Assembly: GCF_000315625.1 (NCBI RefSeq)
Contig: NW_005434638.1
Coordinates: forward strand, 46,107 to 110,106
Length of the DNA: 64,000 bases
Origin: Guillardia theta CCMP2712
Taxonomy: Eukaryota > Protista > Cryptophyta
Reading direction: 5' to 3'
Below the pieces are notes generated by a model. That model ran no database searches. It was not told the origin of the DNA and saw only the letters and a list, made by a program, of their open reading frames with translations. A program made the position numbers and the translations under genes. How positions within the stretch are numbered: position 1 is the stretch's first letter; each line of letters begins with the position of its first letter. Shown piece after piece: positions 47,084 to 59,257 of the stretch.

Positions 47084-47766
47084 CATTTTGTTACCCCAAC
47101 TTCGCCAATGCTACTTCAATGGCAGGAAGGGAATTTTCCTCCCCTCCGAGGGTTTTTCCGAAATAGTCATCCTCTATCAAGAAATAAAGATTGTAAATTC
47201 TTTGAATTCCTTTATACTTTGATCCGTGGCTTGCTCAGTGCCGGCCCGGTAGATCACACAGTGTGGCAGTCCCGAGTCCAATTCATCATGAGTCATCGGT
47301 TGCAAACGCCGCAATCCAATCAGTCAGTCACGAGGATAATCAGGAGAATCGAGGACCGGGAGGCTTGACGGGCCGGGCCGCCTTGACTTGCCAAAAGAGA
47401 ACAGACACAGGCTTGTCGAGAACCAACCCTCGATGATCCGATCCGAGGCTGCCAGGATCGGATCATCGGATGCGCTTACAAGTTGGATCACAGGCTGCCC
47501 TAGTAAGTCGTCACTGTCGGATGCAGCTTGCGCGGCGCCTGGCCCGGCAAGAGTCGGCCCGGCCCCGGCCGGCCGGGCCCTTCCCGATCCCGGACTGAGG
47601 CGGGGCCTCAGCAAGTTTTTGTTTCCTTTACAGCCTTTTTTTGTTTGTGGTTTGCCCGACGGGGCCGGCCCATGGCAACAGGAGGAAGGTAGCAAGGGTC
47701 CTCCTTATGCTCACCTTAGAGTCTTGAAGACCTTGTACCTCTCTGCTTCTACATGATCCCAAGAGG

Positions 47767-48493
47767 ATGAGCAAGTTGGATGCTTTGCTGTTTCTTCACT
47801 TGTCTCTGCTGTTTCCAGCAACGACAGCGTTCAGCATCTCGCAGAGGTGCCTGCCCTTGATAGTTGACGGGTTTTCGCCCTTTCAGAGACATGCCGGAAT
47901 GCGCAATAGGTGTTGCAAAGTTTTCACAAGGATGTCTAATTCGGTCAAGAGCACAGAGCAAGATCATTACAAAGTGTTGGGAGTCTCGCCCAAGGCAAAT
48001 CAGAAGGAGATCAGGGAAGCCTTCATCAAAGGAGCAAAGCGCTTTCACCCGGATGTCACCCAAGACCAGTCTTCACTCGAGAAGTGACAGAAACGATTGT
48101 GCATTTGTGCCCTTGTCCTCACCTGATCACGTCAGGTTCAAGGAGATCGCCATTGCCTACGAGGTTCTGTCGGACGACAGGTCAAAGGCCTTGTATGATA
48201 CACAGAGGAGGTACACGGGAAGTGCCGCTCCACGGCAAGGCATGCCGACTCCCGGGCCTCCAAGAGAAGAGGAGAAGATGACTCCGACTCGACAGAAGGT
48301 AAGGGATGCTTACGTGGCAAGACTCGACCACCTCCACTAAGTGGCAATGCAGGCACTCGCACTCTTTACGTTTGCATTGGTGTGATGAATGTGTTGATTC
48401 TCAATCCTGTTTATTGACATGTCTTTCAAGCTGTTCGGATTCTACAGGAGTATCATCGGGATGATGTTTCCACCAAAACGTCGAAGGAAATAA
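47767..48493 (+). CDS. DnaJ (J-domain) protein with bipartite plastid presequence and C-terminal TM
   Basis: Signal peptide ATTA-FS; DHYKVLGVS...RFHPD...|FKEIAIAYEVLSD; hydrophobic tail. Confidence 0.88.
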
Positions 48494-48583
48494 ACAATCT
48501 CGGCTGAACACACGACGTCAAGGACTAGTCGTTGATGACCCTATTTCCCTGGTTGGTTTCGTTGTAGATCACTTTCCTCGTTC

Positions 48584-49920
48584 TCAGACTCCAGGCTCAG
48601 CTAGGATAAAGTCATCTTTCTTTCCAGCTTCCTTCTGCTGCTTCTCCACTTGTCGCTTGATCTTGTTGCCATATGTGCTGTGTTGTCCACGGATATCGTC
48701 CTCACCGTAGATGTCTAGATTTTGAAGATCAGAGCTTTCAATTGCAATCATGCCGATTACCTTTGATCCTTGCTCCGAGCCCAAGTTGTCGCAGGAGAGG
48801 AATCTCAATAACAAACTTCTTTTCACCTTTCTGATCATGCACCGAAGTTTCGGCATAAGCTGCTCCGACCTTCAGAGGAATCGTCAGCGACTTCTGCTTG
48901 CCCGCTTCACAGTCACTCATATCCACACCTCGTTCACTCCTGCAAGCGTGGGAGGTCCCGCGAAGAGTTCCTTCTTCTGCGTATGATGGATCCCTCTGGC
49001 TTTCTCTTCCCTTGTCCTCTGAAACAGACTCTTGTATGAACCATAGCCCGTCAGCAGACCATCTCCAGAAACTGCAGCCTGCTCTACAGCGGTCGCCTCC
49101 TCTCGTGTCATCTGCACGCTTAACTTCAGTCTAGCTGCTCGTGAACCTGGTAACACAGTAACCGGTAATTTCAGGAAAGCCCTCAGCATTGGCTCCCTGA
49201 CGAAGTCCTTCTCCTCCACGAGCATCTTCATGTAGTCCTGCAGCGCGGCTGTCCGAGCCTTGACGAGCGAAGGGCTCATCTTCCCAAAAAGCTTTTCTCA
49301 GGGAACTGGAGGGAGCCGTCAGGGAACGAGCCCGGTCCGATCTCCGGGAGAGCCGCCTCACCTCAGGCAGTCTCGATTCTTCCACCCCCAAGGACTTGAG
49401 GTAATCGGTGAAGAGGGAATCGAACGCATGGAATTGGCTGGGAAGAGGGTAAGCCTGTCAGCTGCAGCCAAGGGCAGGTAGCGGGCCCTCCGTTGCCCAC
49501 CTGAATCGCTTCTTCATCTTCCATCGTTTCTCGTTCCTTCCCACCACTGCCGATGAGAGTCAAGCTCATGAAACATGCCTCCACAAACATGCGCTACCGA
49601 AATTATACAGAGTGTATTCGCCAGTCAATCCAGGCCCCAATCCTCCAAGCTCCGGCTCAGCCCTGACCTCCTCGGCTTCTTCGAAGAAAACAATGATCTT
49701 CTCTTCAACCTCTTCGCCATCTACAGTGTCTGTCGTAGGGATCTGGGAGAGCCACTCCTCCCTCTTCTGCTTGATTGCCTCCTCGTCGACACGAGCCCAG
49801 CTGCAAAGCAAACTTCCGTTACATGAGACCCCCGACAGGGTTGGGGCAAGGCAGCGGAATCAATCTTTGAGTATGCCATATCGTTCCTATGCTCAGATTC
49901 TTGCTTTGTTGGGCTCGCAT
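48584..49920 (-). CDS. PX (phox homology) domain protein, multi-exon
   Basis: SQFHAFDSLF...PEKKLFGKMSPSLVKARTAALQDYMKMLV...MLRAFLKL. Start uncertain. Confidence 0.55.
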
Positions 49921-51245
49921 GCAATGCGCAATCCCTCTCTCACTTCCCATCCCTGTCGCTCCAAAGCTGACTCATGCAAAAAAAACGACTTCTGTTTTCA
50001 CCAACAACGACCCTCATGGCACGTCATGGTGTATCGCTCATCGATTAGAACAAGTACATTCTAATTTTTTTGTGTATCGCCCACACCATTTCCTTAACAC
50101 TGCCAACCTTTCCTTCCGTAACCTGTACTGTTCAATGCCACGTCCTTGTACTCGGTTCATTTCATTTCTCACAATGTGCTACATAATCGTGTTCACACCT
50201 CTCTATCATCTGCACTCCTCCTTCCTCAGTTCGCCTCCCCCTCATCATCCTCTTTCCCCTCCTACTCCTCCTCCTCCTCCTCCTCCTCCTCCTCACCTCT
50301 TCGGCGTAATTGCTTGTAGGATTCCGTCCAGCATGGCAGGATAGCAGAACAAGCTTACCACCCCACCTACATTTTGTACCCCTACCCCCCCTTCTTCGAT
50401 TCACTTTACCTTTACATTACACCGGTAATTGCACTACCCCACCTTACTTTCACCCAACCTCCACTAATAGATTTTCCTGCCCAAAATTCGTCCACCACCC
50501 GTCAATATTCCTCAATTCACCCCACCCCTATATTTACATATGATGGGTATTATTTACACCCCTAGTATGGATACCCCCACCCCCAAGTTTCAATACCACC
50601 CCACCCCTCGATCCGACTTTGGCGTTTACCAAAGAGAGGGTCCAAGGAGATACGATCTGTGAGTGATACATGGAAATGTATAGTAATAGATGGACAATGG
50701 GGTGGTAAATCAAAACAGTGGCGGTGGGGTGGGGGGTGATTAAAGATTGGTCCTGAATTTTGAAATTTTATTTATGAAAGTATTAATCTGAAACTATATT
50801 TGAAACTGGAGATAGGGAGGGTGAGACTCGAAGGGCACGTGAAGCTATGCAGAAAGGAATTTCACAGGACCCCGTAGATGGTGAGGATGGGAGAGTAGGG
50901 AGAAGAAGGCGAGGGAGAGGAGGGAGGAGAAGGAACAGTAGGGAGGAGAAGACAAAGATGAAGAGGAGGATGAAGAGCACGATAGATTGTAGAGGAAGAG
51001 GAATCGAGGACGCTGATGGTGGGGTCGAGGGGAGCAATGGCCAGGGATAGATACAGTTGTTGACTCTGCAGCAGCCAGCTGGACAGTGGGAGGATCATGG
51101 AAAGATAGAGTTTGTGTGAGAAAAGAGATACGAGGATATTCAAGCAGGAGCTAGACTTGATTTTCGATTGCTGATAGTGGCTCCTTTGTTTTTCCTATTC
51201 CTCTTTTAGCCATTACGCTCGTCCTGATTTTTTCGGTGTTGTCAG

Positions 51246-51986
51246 ATGAGTGTAGCCAAGAAGAGCAAGGGAAAGCGAGCAATGCAGGAAGATGAACCCC
51301 AAGAACTGGAGGATCACAAGGTCAGAGACAAGAAGAAACCGAAGACCAAAAAAAGCCCAGCAAACTTCGGGGAGGCTTTGCGGAACGTCTTGAATCAAAA
51401 GGTCCCGAACAATTCTATCACTCCTATCCTTGCTGGAGCGAAGCAGAACAAAGAGCTGAAGGAACGATTGAAAGAGGAGAAAGAGCTGAAAGAAAATCAG
51501 ACTCTTAGCGTAGCCAAGAAGAAGTGGTTCTCAAAGGAGCATGTCATGCCGAACGATGCAGATCTGAATCACGAAAAGCTCCTACATAAGCTCGCAACAA
51601 AAGGAGTTGTAAAGCTGTTCAATGCTATCCAGGAACAACAAAGGAAGCGAGTAGAAGAGAGCAATGCTGAGAAGAAGAATGCAAAGTCAGACAAGGTCTC
51701 AAAGAAAGAATTCCTTGATATGCTGAAATCGGGAGGGAAGAGCCAAGTAGAAGAAGAAGCACAAGCGGGCTCAGCGAATCAGGATATGAAGCTGGAGGAT
51801 TCTGATGGGGACGAGGATGCAAGCGGTGAAGATGCTGGAGAGGAGGAGGAGGAGGAGGAGGAGGAGGAGGAGGAGGAGGAGGAGGAGGAGGAGCAAGAAG
51901 ACGAGACGAGCGATTCAGAACAGGAGTCAGAAGAGGAGTTGGAGGATGACATTGAAGAACTTGAATCCGAGGAGGACTACGAGTAG
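51246..51986 (+). CDS. RRP15: rRNA-processing protein RRP15
   Basis: PILAG..., EKLLHKLATKGVVKLFNAIQEQQ, SKKEFLDMLK and an acidic C-terminal tail. Confidence 0.88.
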   Translation: MSVAKKSKGKRAMQEDEPQELEDHKVRDKKKPKTKKSPANFGEALRNVLNQKVPNNSITPILAGAKQNKELKERLKEEKELKENQTLSVAKKKWFSKEHVMPNDADLNHEKLLHKLATKGVVKLFNAIQEQQRKRVEESNAEKKNAKSDKVSKKEFLDMLKSGGKSQVEEEAQAGSANQDMKLEDSDGDEDASGEDAGEEEEEEEEEEEEEEEEEEQEDETSDSEQESEEELEDDIEELESEEDYE

Positions 51987-52044
51987 CGCATGTATTGATT
52001 AGTAGCCCTGGAGAATTTGTAAATGATCAGCAAAGTTACAGACT

Positions 52045-53958
52045 TCATGTTTGAAGGCCTTGACTCCTCCTGTTTTTGCCGTGCAGTTCCAAACTTTTCA
52101 TTAAACGACCATTGAAACATCGGATATGATTACAAAATTGTCTAATAATACTCCCATTCTTTTGCGATGAATATGATTGAGTGAAGTACACCCATGAATC
52201 AAATCCCCGTCGGAAAAGTCGCCATGCCACCAAAGTCCATTCCATCAATGGCTTCATAGGAATTGTCCTGTCTCCTTCCGCATCTAGCTTCGAGCTCTTT
52301 CGTTATTGCGGAGCCTTGAGTTGCGCCAGTCTGTGGGGATCAATCACTCTGAAGCAGAGGAGACAGTTGATGTCTACCTCCTCATGAGCTCGTCCTCCTC
52401 TTGCACCGGTTCGCTTTCCTTGGCGACATTCTTGCCCTGCAAACGTGTCAAACAACACCATAGCGTGCCAGGGTGCATCGATCACCGCTTGCGGCATGTT
52501 TTCTCTGAGCTCGATTTGATTCTCATCAGCAACCTGAGCAAACACATCAGAGAACTAGCCGGGAAACTGAACCACGAGGAGAAGCGATCGGACCTGTTGC
52601 AGGAGCTCCTCGATTTCACTTTGTGGCGTTGACATGGACGTGCTACACAACACAAGTCAGTTTTTCCTTGGCCTGCATCCCTCATGTATCATCTGAGGGC
52701 AAAAGCTCAACCTGCTCTGCATCGCTCCAGTGACCTGGGCGGACATGACGTCTGCGTCCTCAAAGACCTTTGGGCGACAAGCTCAGCACACGACAGATAC
52801 ATTCTACTTACAAGATGCACACCTTCTCGAATTTGTCCATGATTGCTTCAATCTTGTCCAATTTCATCGTCTGAAGCACTTTACCCATCGACTTCGTGAT
52901 CTTGGAAAGCAGACAAGTCAAGAACCGACGATTCCCAAGAGATGAGAGTGGATCTCAAGAACGTCTGGGAGAGCAGGAGATATCTAGGGTGTACCTGAGC
53001 CATGGAGCTTGTAACTTTCTGCATTTTCATCGCTGCTCCAAGTTTGCCAGCTACAGCATCCTAAGAATAAAAATCAATGGAAGACAACAATGAAGAAGGA
53101 GAATGCTTACAATGCGCGAAGACATTCTCAAGTAGTTCAAATTCTGGTTTTTCTGCATAATTGCATTTTGTGCATGGATCTCAGCTATATCATGTTTTCC
53201 TTGTTCCAGAGCCTGGGGAAGGGTCTAACTTCACAGGCAACGAGCAGCGTTGTTGCGAACCTTCTTCACTTTCTCCTTCTCCTTGATCATCTCCTTCTCC
53301 GCCTTCTTCGACTCTCGTTGCAGCTGCTTGGATACAAACTTGAGATTGAACAATTCATCTTCCAGCCCTTTCTTTGAACCACCGAACATTGCGAGTCTCC
53401 TTGAATCGAATCCTACTGTTCACCAGTGTCAAACAAAGCGCATTGACCAAGATGCAACAGATTCTTTTTTTGGCGTGACACACTTGCTATGACTTCCAGT
53501 CTTACTATCTGTATCATACGTACAACCCAACCCGAGAGCGAATCCCACATGCAACACTCCTCGCGTTCTTCGCTGTCGCCTAGTTTGTCTCGTTCCTTTC
53601 ATTCTTTCAGCCTTCCTCTCTTTCGCTCTTGTTGTCGTCATTGTTCGGTCTAGCATTTGTGTCTCGCAGTTTACTCCATCCAATCGGATCTGCTTCTTCG
53701 TAGCACTCTTAACGCATGCCGTAGTTCCCAAATCAACACCAAAACAGCTTCCATGACCTTCAACAAAGGTTTTGCTCATGGCTTGCATGTCTCTTTTTCC
53801 TGTCTATCTGTCTTCTCCTGCAACTCCCACATTTCTTCTCTGATCATATTCCTCTCTTCCTTCCTACTCCTCCTCCCTCCTCCCTCCTCTTTTCGCTCCG
53901 AGCTCTCCATGAACGCTGTAGCGTCTTCCCTAGCTACCGGCTTGACCACCCCACCCAC
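52045..53958 (-). CDS. Multi-exon hypothetical coiled-coil protein
   Basis: Charged exon-like pieces on the minus strand (KGLEDELFNLKFVSKQLQRESKKAEKEMIKEKEK); exons not resolved. Confidence 0.35.
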
Positions 53959-54148
53959 TTCCCCCTTCTAGCACTACCCTTGTGCATTAGGCTGTAGTGC
54001 GACAAAGTGATCGGTTTGCTACCGGTGTTCTTTCTTCGGTACCCCTTCTTATTACCATCAATACACCCCTTCTGAAACAAGTTTTATCTACCCCTACCAC
54101 TGCTTCGAACCCACCCCACCCCAACTGTCTAAATCGATCCAAACAAGA

Positions 54149-54208
54149 AGTATCCGCGAGTATCCGCGAGTATCCGCGAGTATCCGCTAGTATCCGCTAG
54201 TATCCGCG
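54149..54208. repeat. 10-nt tandem repeat AGTATCCGC(G/T) x6
   Basis: Directly visible about 40 nt upstream of the ATG at 54246. Confidence 0.95.
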
Positions 54209-54245
54209 ACAGAACGTTATTCCGTTACAGCGCCTCTTCGCAGTC

Positions 54246-55997
54246 ATGGCTGGCAGAGCGGTAGTCGGGGCGATGGCGATAGCGGTCTTGTTGGGCGCGG
54301 CGCTCATGCTCAGCAAGTTCGAGGAGGGAGGAAGACAGGTGCAACAAGAGTTTGAGTTTCAATCATCGTCCTTTTCCTGTTCCGCAACCAATCTTTGTGG
54401 ATGAACCCATGTTGCATATGCTTTCCTTATGGATTCAGTTGTGTAGTGATTTCTCGGATGATTCTTGTTCTTCCTCCAACGTGTGCTAACACAAGAGAGC
54501 ATTGTCTACCTCATATTTTACCTCAACTTGCTTTACGTGTAATCTTACCTTGCTCGAAATGACTTCTTCAAAGGGTGATGCGGGAAGAGTTGTACTCAAA
54601 CAGGACGCGTCAGTCAGGTTGCTTCTTATGCTTTTGCCTCCGTTTCGATGCATCTCACAAACCTTGCTCGGCAGGAGATGGATGAACACCCTCAAGGGCG
54701 CAGAATCGTTTCTTTCTGATGCAGAAAAGGGGAAGCTGCCAGCAAAGGCGATTGTGCCAGGGGAGTTCGACTCAGTTGAGAACCTCTTGAAGAGGACAAA
54801 GGAGCAGGTTCAAGAACAACTGTGCTCTTGACATGAGTGATCTCAACATGTCGCTGCAGGTGCATAGAGAGGCCACTAGGCTGCATGCCCTGGATGCACC
54901 CGAGAAACCGCCAACTCCGTAAGTCTCACCTTATGAACCATGTGGGCTCGCAGCGTATGCTGCTGGAGTATACACACAGAAAGATGCATATTCCTCTCAT
55001 CTCTTCCTCTCATCTCGTTCATCCTCACTTGCGCGTGCTAGGATCGGTGCCAAGAAGCTCGAGCTGCTGACTGGACCTGGAGAGCAGAATGCTGAGGAGG
55101 GCTTCCAGGGTACGGCGAGGAGGGATGCGCGACCTGGACAGGTAGATGTTGTTGGAGATCGCGCCCCGTGCAAGATCCGCATGCTGGCTGATGGACGTGA
55201 GCTGATGTCTGCCTCCTCAGGTCGTCCGTGAAGTGACCGACATGGTTGATCAGTACAAGGCGGAGGAGGACGAGGCTGCCAAGGTAAGTGGGGAGGGCGC
55301 TGTTGAGTTCCCAAGATCATTCGGGGATTGGCAGGAGCTTCTCCGCACGATCGCTTCCAAGATCGTCGAGGCGTTCGACAACCACGGGCTGTCCGCAGCT
55401 CAAATCGCTAGGGAGCTTACGGATTCGGATTCGGGCTCGGACGAGGGGGGCGAGTCGTCGGGTACCATGGCTGAGCGGCAGATCATGCCCCAAAAGGGGC
55501 AGATGCTGACAAGCGGGGTAACGTCGGACACCATCCTGGGCCGAGAGACGCCAGACGTCGGCGTTGCTGACTGCACTGACCTGCCGGGACTGCCCAAGTC
55601 GTCCAAGTTCTGCCTGGAAGGGCGACCATGGTCGAAGCTTCCCGGGATGAACTCGGCGATGACCTCCGGAGACATGCGGGCCAAGATCAAGGAGCTGAAG
55701 GAGCAGGCGAGACGGAACATGGGGCTCCCCAACGCGAACAAGGTGGACCAGGAGGAGCTGTCGAAGCTCCAGGACATCGTGAAGAGCACAAAGAAGGCGC
55801 TCAACGAGCAGGAGAGCAAGCTCAAGGAGATTCGAGATGAGAAGCACAAGGCTTTGCAGGATCTTGACGAGCAGAAGAAAGTGATTACCATGGCGAAAGA
55901 CGCCAGGAAACAGCGCCTGGCGTGGAGGGCCATGGACGATGGGATGACCAGGGCGTACAAGGAAGCAGGATTTAAGTTGCCGCTCTCAGGTGATTGA
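54246..55997 (+). CDS. Multi-exon protein with N-terminal signal/anchor and C-terminal coiled coil
   Basis: MAGRAVVGAMAIAVLLGAALMLSK first exon; terminal ORF 55233-55997 with heptad-rich end. Confidence 0.5.
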
Positions 55998-56234
55998 CTT
56001 GAATGGCGATGATGTTTGTCTTACATTGCACTTGCTCAGCGGGTTTTGACAAGAAGTGAGGGAGAATTCTGGGGGTTTGAGCAGGGGGGAAGTTATTTTT
56101 ATCTTGATTTTCAACGAAATTCACATGTAAGAACTGAAGGGTTCAGCCCCTGGAGTCTGAGAACAAACATCGACGGGACTCCCGCAGCTCCAACAGCTCC
56201 AACGCCCTCATCCTTCCAGGATTTTGCCTGCACT

Positions 56235-58800
56235 TCATAGTGAGAGGCTCGGTCGTGCTAGCAGCTCGACTTTACCTTGTGCCTCAAGGCAGACAGAAAG
56301 ATTCTTTACGCTGGTCAGCGTGTCCGGGTGGCTCTCCCCCAGCTTCACCCGCCTCTTCTCCGCGCACTCTCTGAACAGCTCCTCCGCCTCCTCGTACTTC
56401 CCCTCGTTGAAGCAGAGGGACCCCAAGTTGCTCATGCTCGTCAGGGTGTCGGGGTGATCCTCTCCCAGCTTGACTCGCCGCAGCTGCAGACACTGGCGGT
56501 AGAGAGGCTCCGCATCCTCGTACTTGCGCTGCATCTTGTACAGGCCTGCAAGGTTGCTCATGCTGGTGAGGGTGTCAGGATGGTCAGCTCCGAGCTTGCT
56601 GAGGAAGAGTTGGAAGCACTCGACGTACAGGCCCTCGGCCTCCTCGTACTTGCCCTGGCTCTTGTACACCCCCGCAAGGTTGCTCATGCTCGTGGGAGTA
56701 CCTGGGTGATCGATCCCCAGCTTCTCCCGCCTTCTCTCAAGGCAGAGGACGTACAAGGGCTCCGCCAACTCGTACTTGCCCTGACTGTAGTAGAGGCCCG
56801 CAAGGTTGTTGAGGCTCGTCAGGGTGTCGGGGTGATCCTCTCCCAGCTGACTTCGAAGTCTCTCCACGCAGAGGAGGAAGAGTGGCTCTGCCTGCTCGTA
56901 CTTGCGCTGCATCTTGTAGAGCCCTGCCAAGTTGCTCATGCTGGTGAGGGTGTCAGGATGGTCCTCTCCCAAGCTCGCCCGCCGCTTCTCCAGACACTCC
57001 AGCCAAAGAGCCTCTGCCTCCTCGCTCCTCCCTTGGCTCCTGCACAGGGCCGCCAAGTTGTTGACGCTGGTCAGCGTGTCCGGGTGGCTCTCCCCCAGCT
57101 TCACCCGCCTCTTCTCCGCGCACTCTCTGAACAGCTCCTCCGCCTCCTCGTACTTCCCCTCGTTGAAGCAGAGGGACCCCAAGTTGCTCATGCTCGTCAG
57201 GGTGTCGGGGTGATCCTCTCCCAGCTTGACTCGCCGCAGCTGCAGACACTGGCGGTAGAGAGGCTCCGCATCCTCGTATCGCCCCTGATGGAAGTAGAGG
57301 CCTGCAAGGTTGCTCATGCTGGTGAGGGTGTCAGGATGGTCAGCTCCTTGCCTGTCCTTGACCTTGCCGATGCAGTCCAGGTACAGGCCCTCGGCCTCCT
57401 CGTACTTGCCCTGGCTCTTGTACACCCCCGCAAGGTTGCTCATGCTCGTCAGGGCCTCCGGGTGATCCGCCCCGAGGCAACTTTGCAACTTGGCAAGACA
57501 CTGGGTGTACAGGAGCTCTGCCTGCTGATACCTCCCCTGGCTCTTGTAGAGCCCCGCCAGGTTGCTCATACCGGACACCGTGCCGAGGTGATCAGCTCCA
57601 AGATTTCTCCGCTGCCTCTCCAGACACTCGACGTAGAGAGGCTCCGCCAGCTCGTACTTGCCCTGACTGCAGTAGAGGCTAGCAAGCTTCATCCTGCCCC
57701 ACAAGTCGTCGTCCTCGTCTTGATGGCTGACAAGTGCCTGGCGCTCAGCAGCGGCAGTGAACCAATCGCGCATGGAGGAGAGGACGAGAGCGTTGAGATG
57801 ATCAAACCCTCCAGCTTCTCTGATCACCGCGAAGATCCTCTCCTTGTCTTCCCTCTTGAACGCCTCGCTGTTCTCCACATCCACCTGCCCGAGCATCCCC
57901 AGGTAGGTATCGATCGACAGCTCGGACCAGAACTTCTTCGCCTCCGTCTCGCTCATGGCGACGCTGAACCGGCTGCGCGTCCTTGCCGTCTGGAACAGCT
58001 CAAACAGGCACCAAGCTCGAGTCAGAGGGATAGGGTTGTTCCAAGGGGAAAGGATCATTACAGTATGCCCGAAATCCCTAATCGCCTCCGCAAACGTCGT
58101 GCTCCACCACTCGAACGGCAAGTTCGGGGCCCCGTGCTGGTTGTTGCTGAAGAGGTCGAACCAGATGACGGTGCTGCTGCCCTTGAAGTGAGACTCTATC
58201 GCGCTCACGACATCAAGGAAGTTGTACTTCCAGGCATGCGAGATAAACACCTGCGCCCTGCTCACCCCCGCATGCCCCTCCATCTGCAGCAGCTGGCAGT
58301 AGGAGACCCCTCCGTGTGCTGCGGTGAACTTCATGAGGTACTTCTCGCACACGTCAGTCGTGGTGAGGCCTGACAGAGCTGCTTGCCCCCCACACTTCTC
58401 CACGAACTCCCTGAAGACTTCCAGCGTCACTCCTTCCTTGGGGAACGGCAGAGACCCTGAAGGAGGAAGGGAGGTTAGCTTGCTAGGTCTACTCAAGGAG
58501 GCGTGCCTTGATCTTTGCTCGCAGTTGCGTCTGCCGATGCCCCGGCAGTTTTCGTCTCTGCTCTGCTTGGCACGTCGATCTCTGCAGTGAACCACCAAAC
58601 AGTCACTCAGCAGTGGTAACTCCTTCGCAGCCTCGACCAGCACCTGCTGAACGGCCAGCCCGGAGCGTGGGAGGAGCGGAGGCTGGTCCCGAAGGAGCAG
58701 TAAGGTGGGGCGAGGTCTTCATGGGCTCGGACGCTTCCCTCCTTAGGCTGAGGTCCTCTGCTAGTGGGGATGTTGGGGTAGACGAAACACATCCTCCCAT
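56235..58800 (-). CDS. HET/TIR-like domain plus 11.5 KLC-type 42-aa TPR repeats, N-terminal MGGC acylation motif
   Basis: VFISHAW, IWFDLFSNNQH and LTRAWCLFEL; repeats HPDTLTSMSNLAxLYxxQGKYEEAE. Introns 58643-58582 (GT-AG) and 58506-58457 (GC-AG) link MGGCVSS in frame. Confidence 0.9.
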
Positions 58801-59110
58801 CGATCATGCAGTGACGTGCTCGGGCTTTTATCCTGCTCCTCTCCTCTCCTCGCTCCTCTCCTCTTCCGTCCTCCTCTTCCGTCCTCCTCTCCTCTCCTCT
58901 CCCCCCTCCCCTCTCCAGTCCCTCACAGATTCCCGATTCTGGAGCCAACGGCCCTAGAAAAATGTCACAGGTATCAACATTACATTTTATACCCTTTATA
59001 CAATTTTACACGCCTGTTTGATTTTGATTATCCGATTTTGAAGGACCCCTACCCCCATCTTTGGTATCGCTGTAGAGGGGAAGATTTGATGTCGAAGGAG
59101 GAAGCGACAG

Positions 59111-59174
59111 CTCTGAACGACATCTGATCTAACTCTGAACGACATCTGATCTAACTCTGAACGACATCTGATCT
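59111..59174. repeat. 22-nt tandem repeat CTCTGAACGACATCTGATCTAA x3
   Basis: Directly visible. Confidence 0.95.
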
Positions 59175-59257
59175 TGATGCTGCATCATTGATTTGTTCAA
59201 CTATGGCGAAATAAGAGACAGGAGACTTCAAAGGTGCAGTCATGGTCAGATTTGAAA

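Noticed and set aside
56277-58373. 698-aa plus-strand ORF
   Set aside because: Antisense shadow of the GC3-rich TPR gene, with no independent domain signal.
59111-59174. Possible CRISPR-like array
   Set aside because: Direct tandem copies without spacers, in a eukaryotic context.
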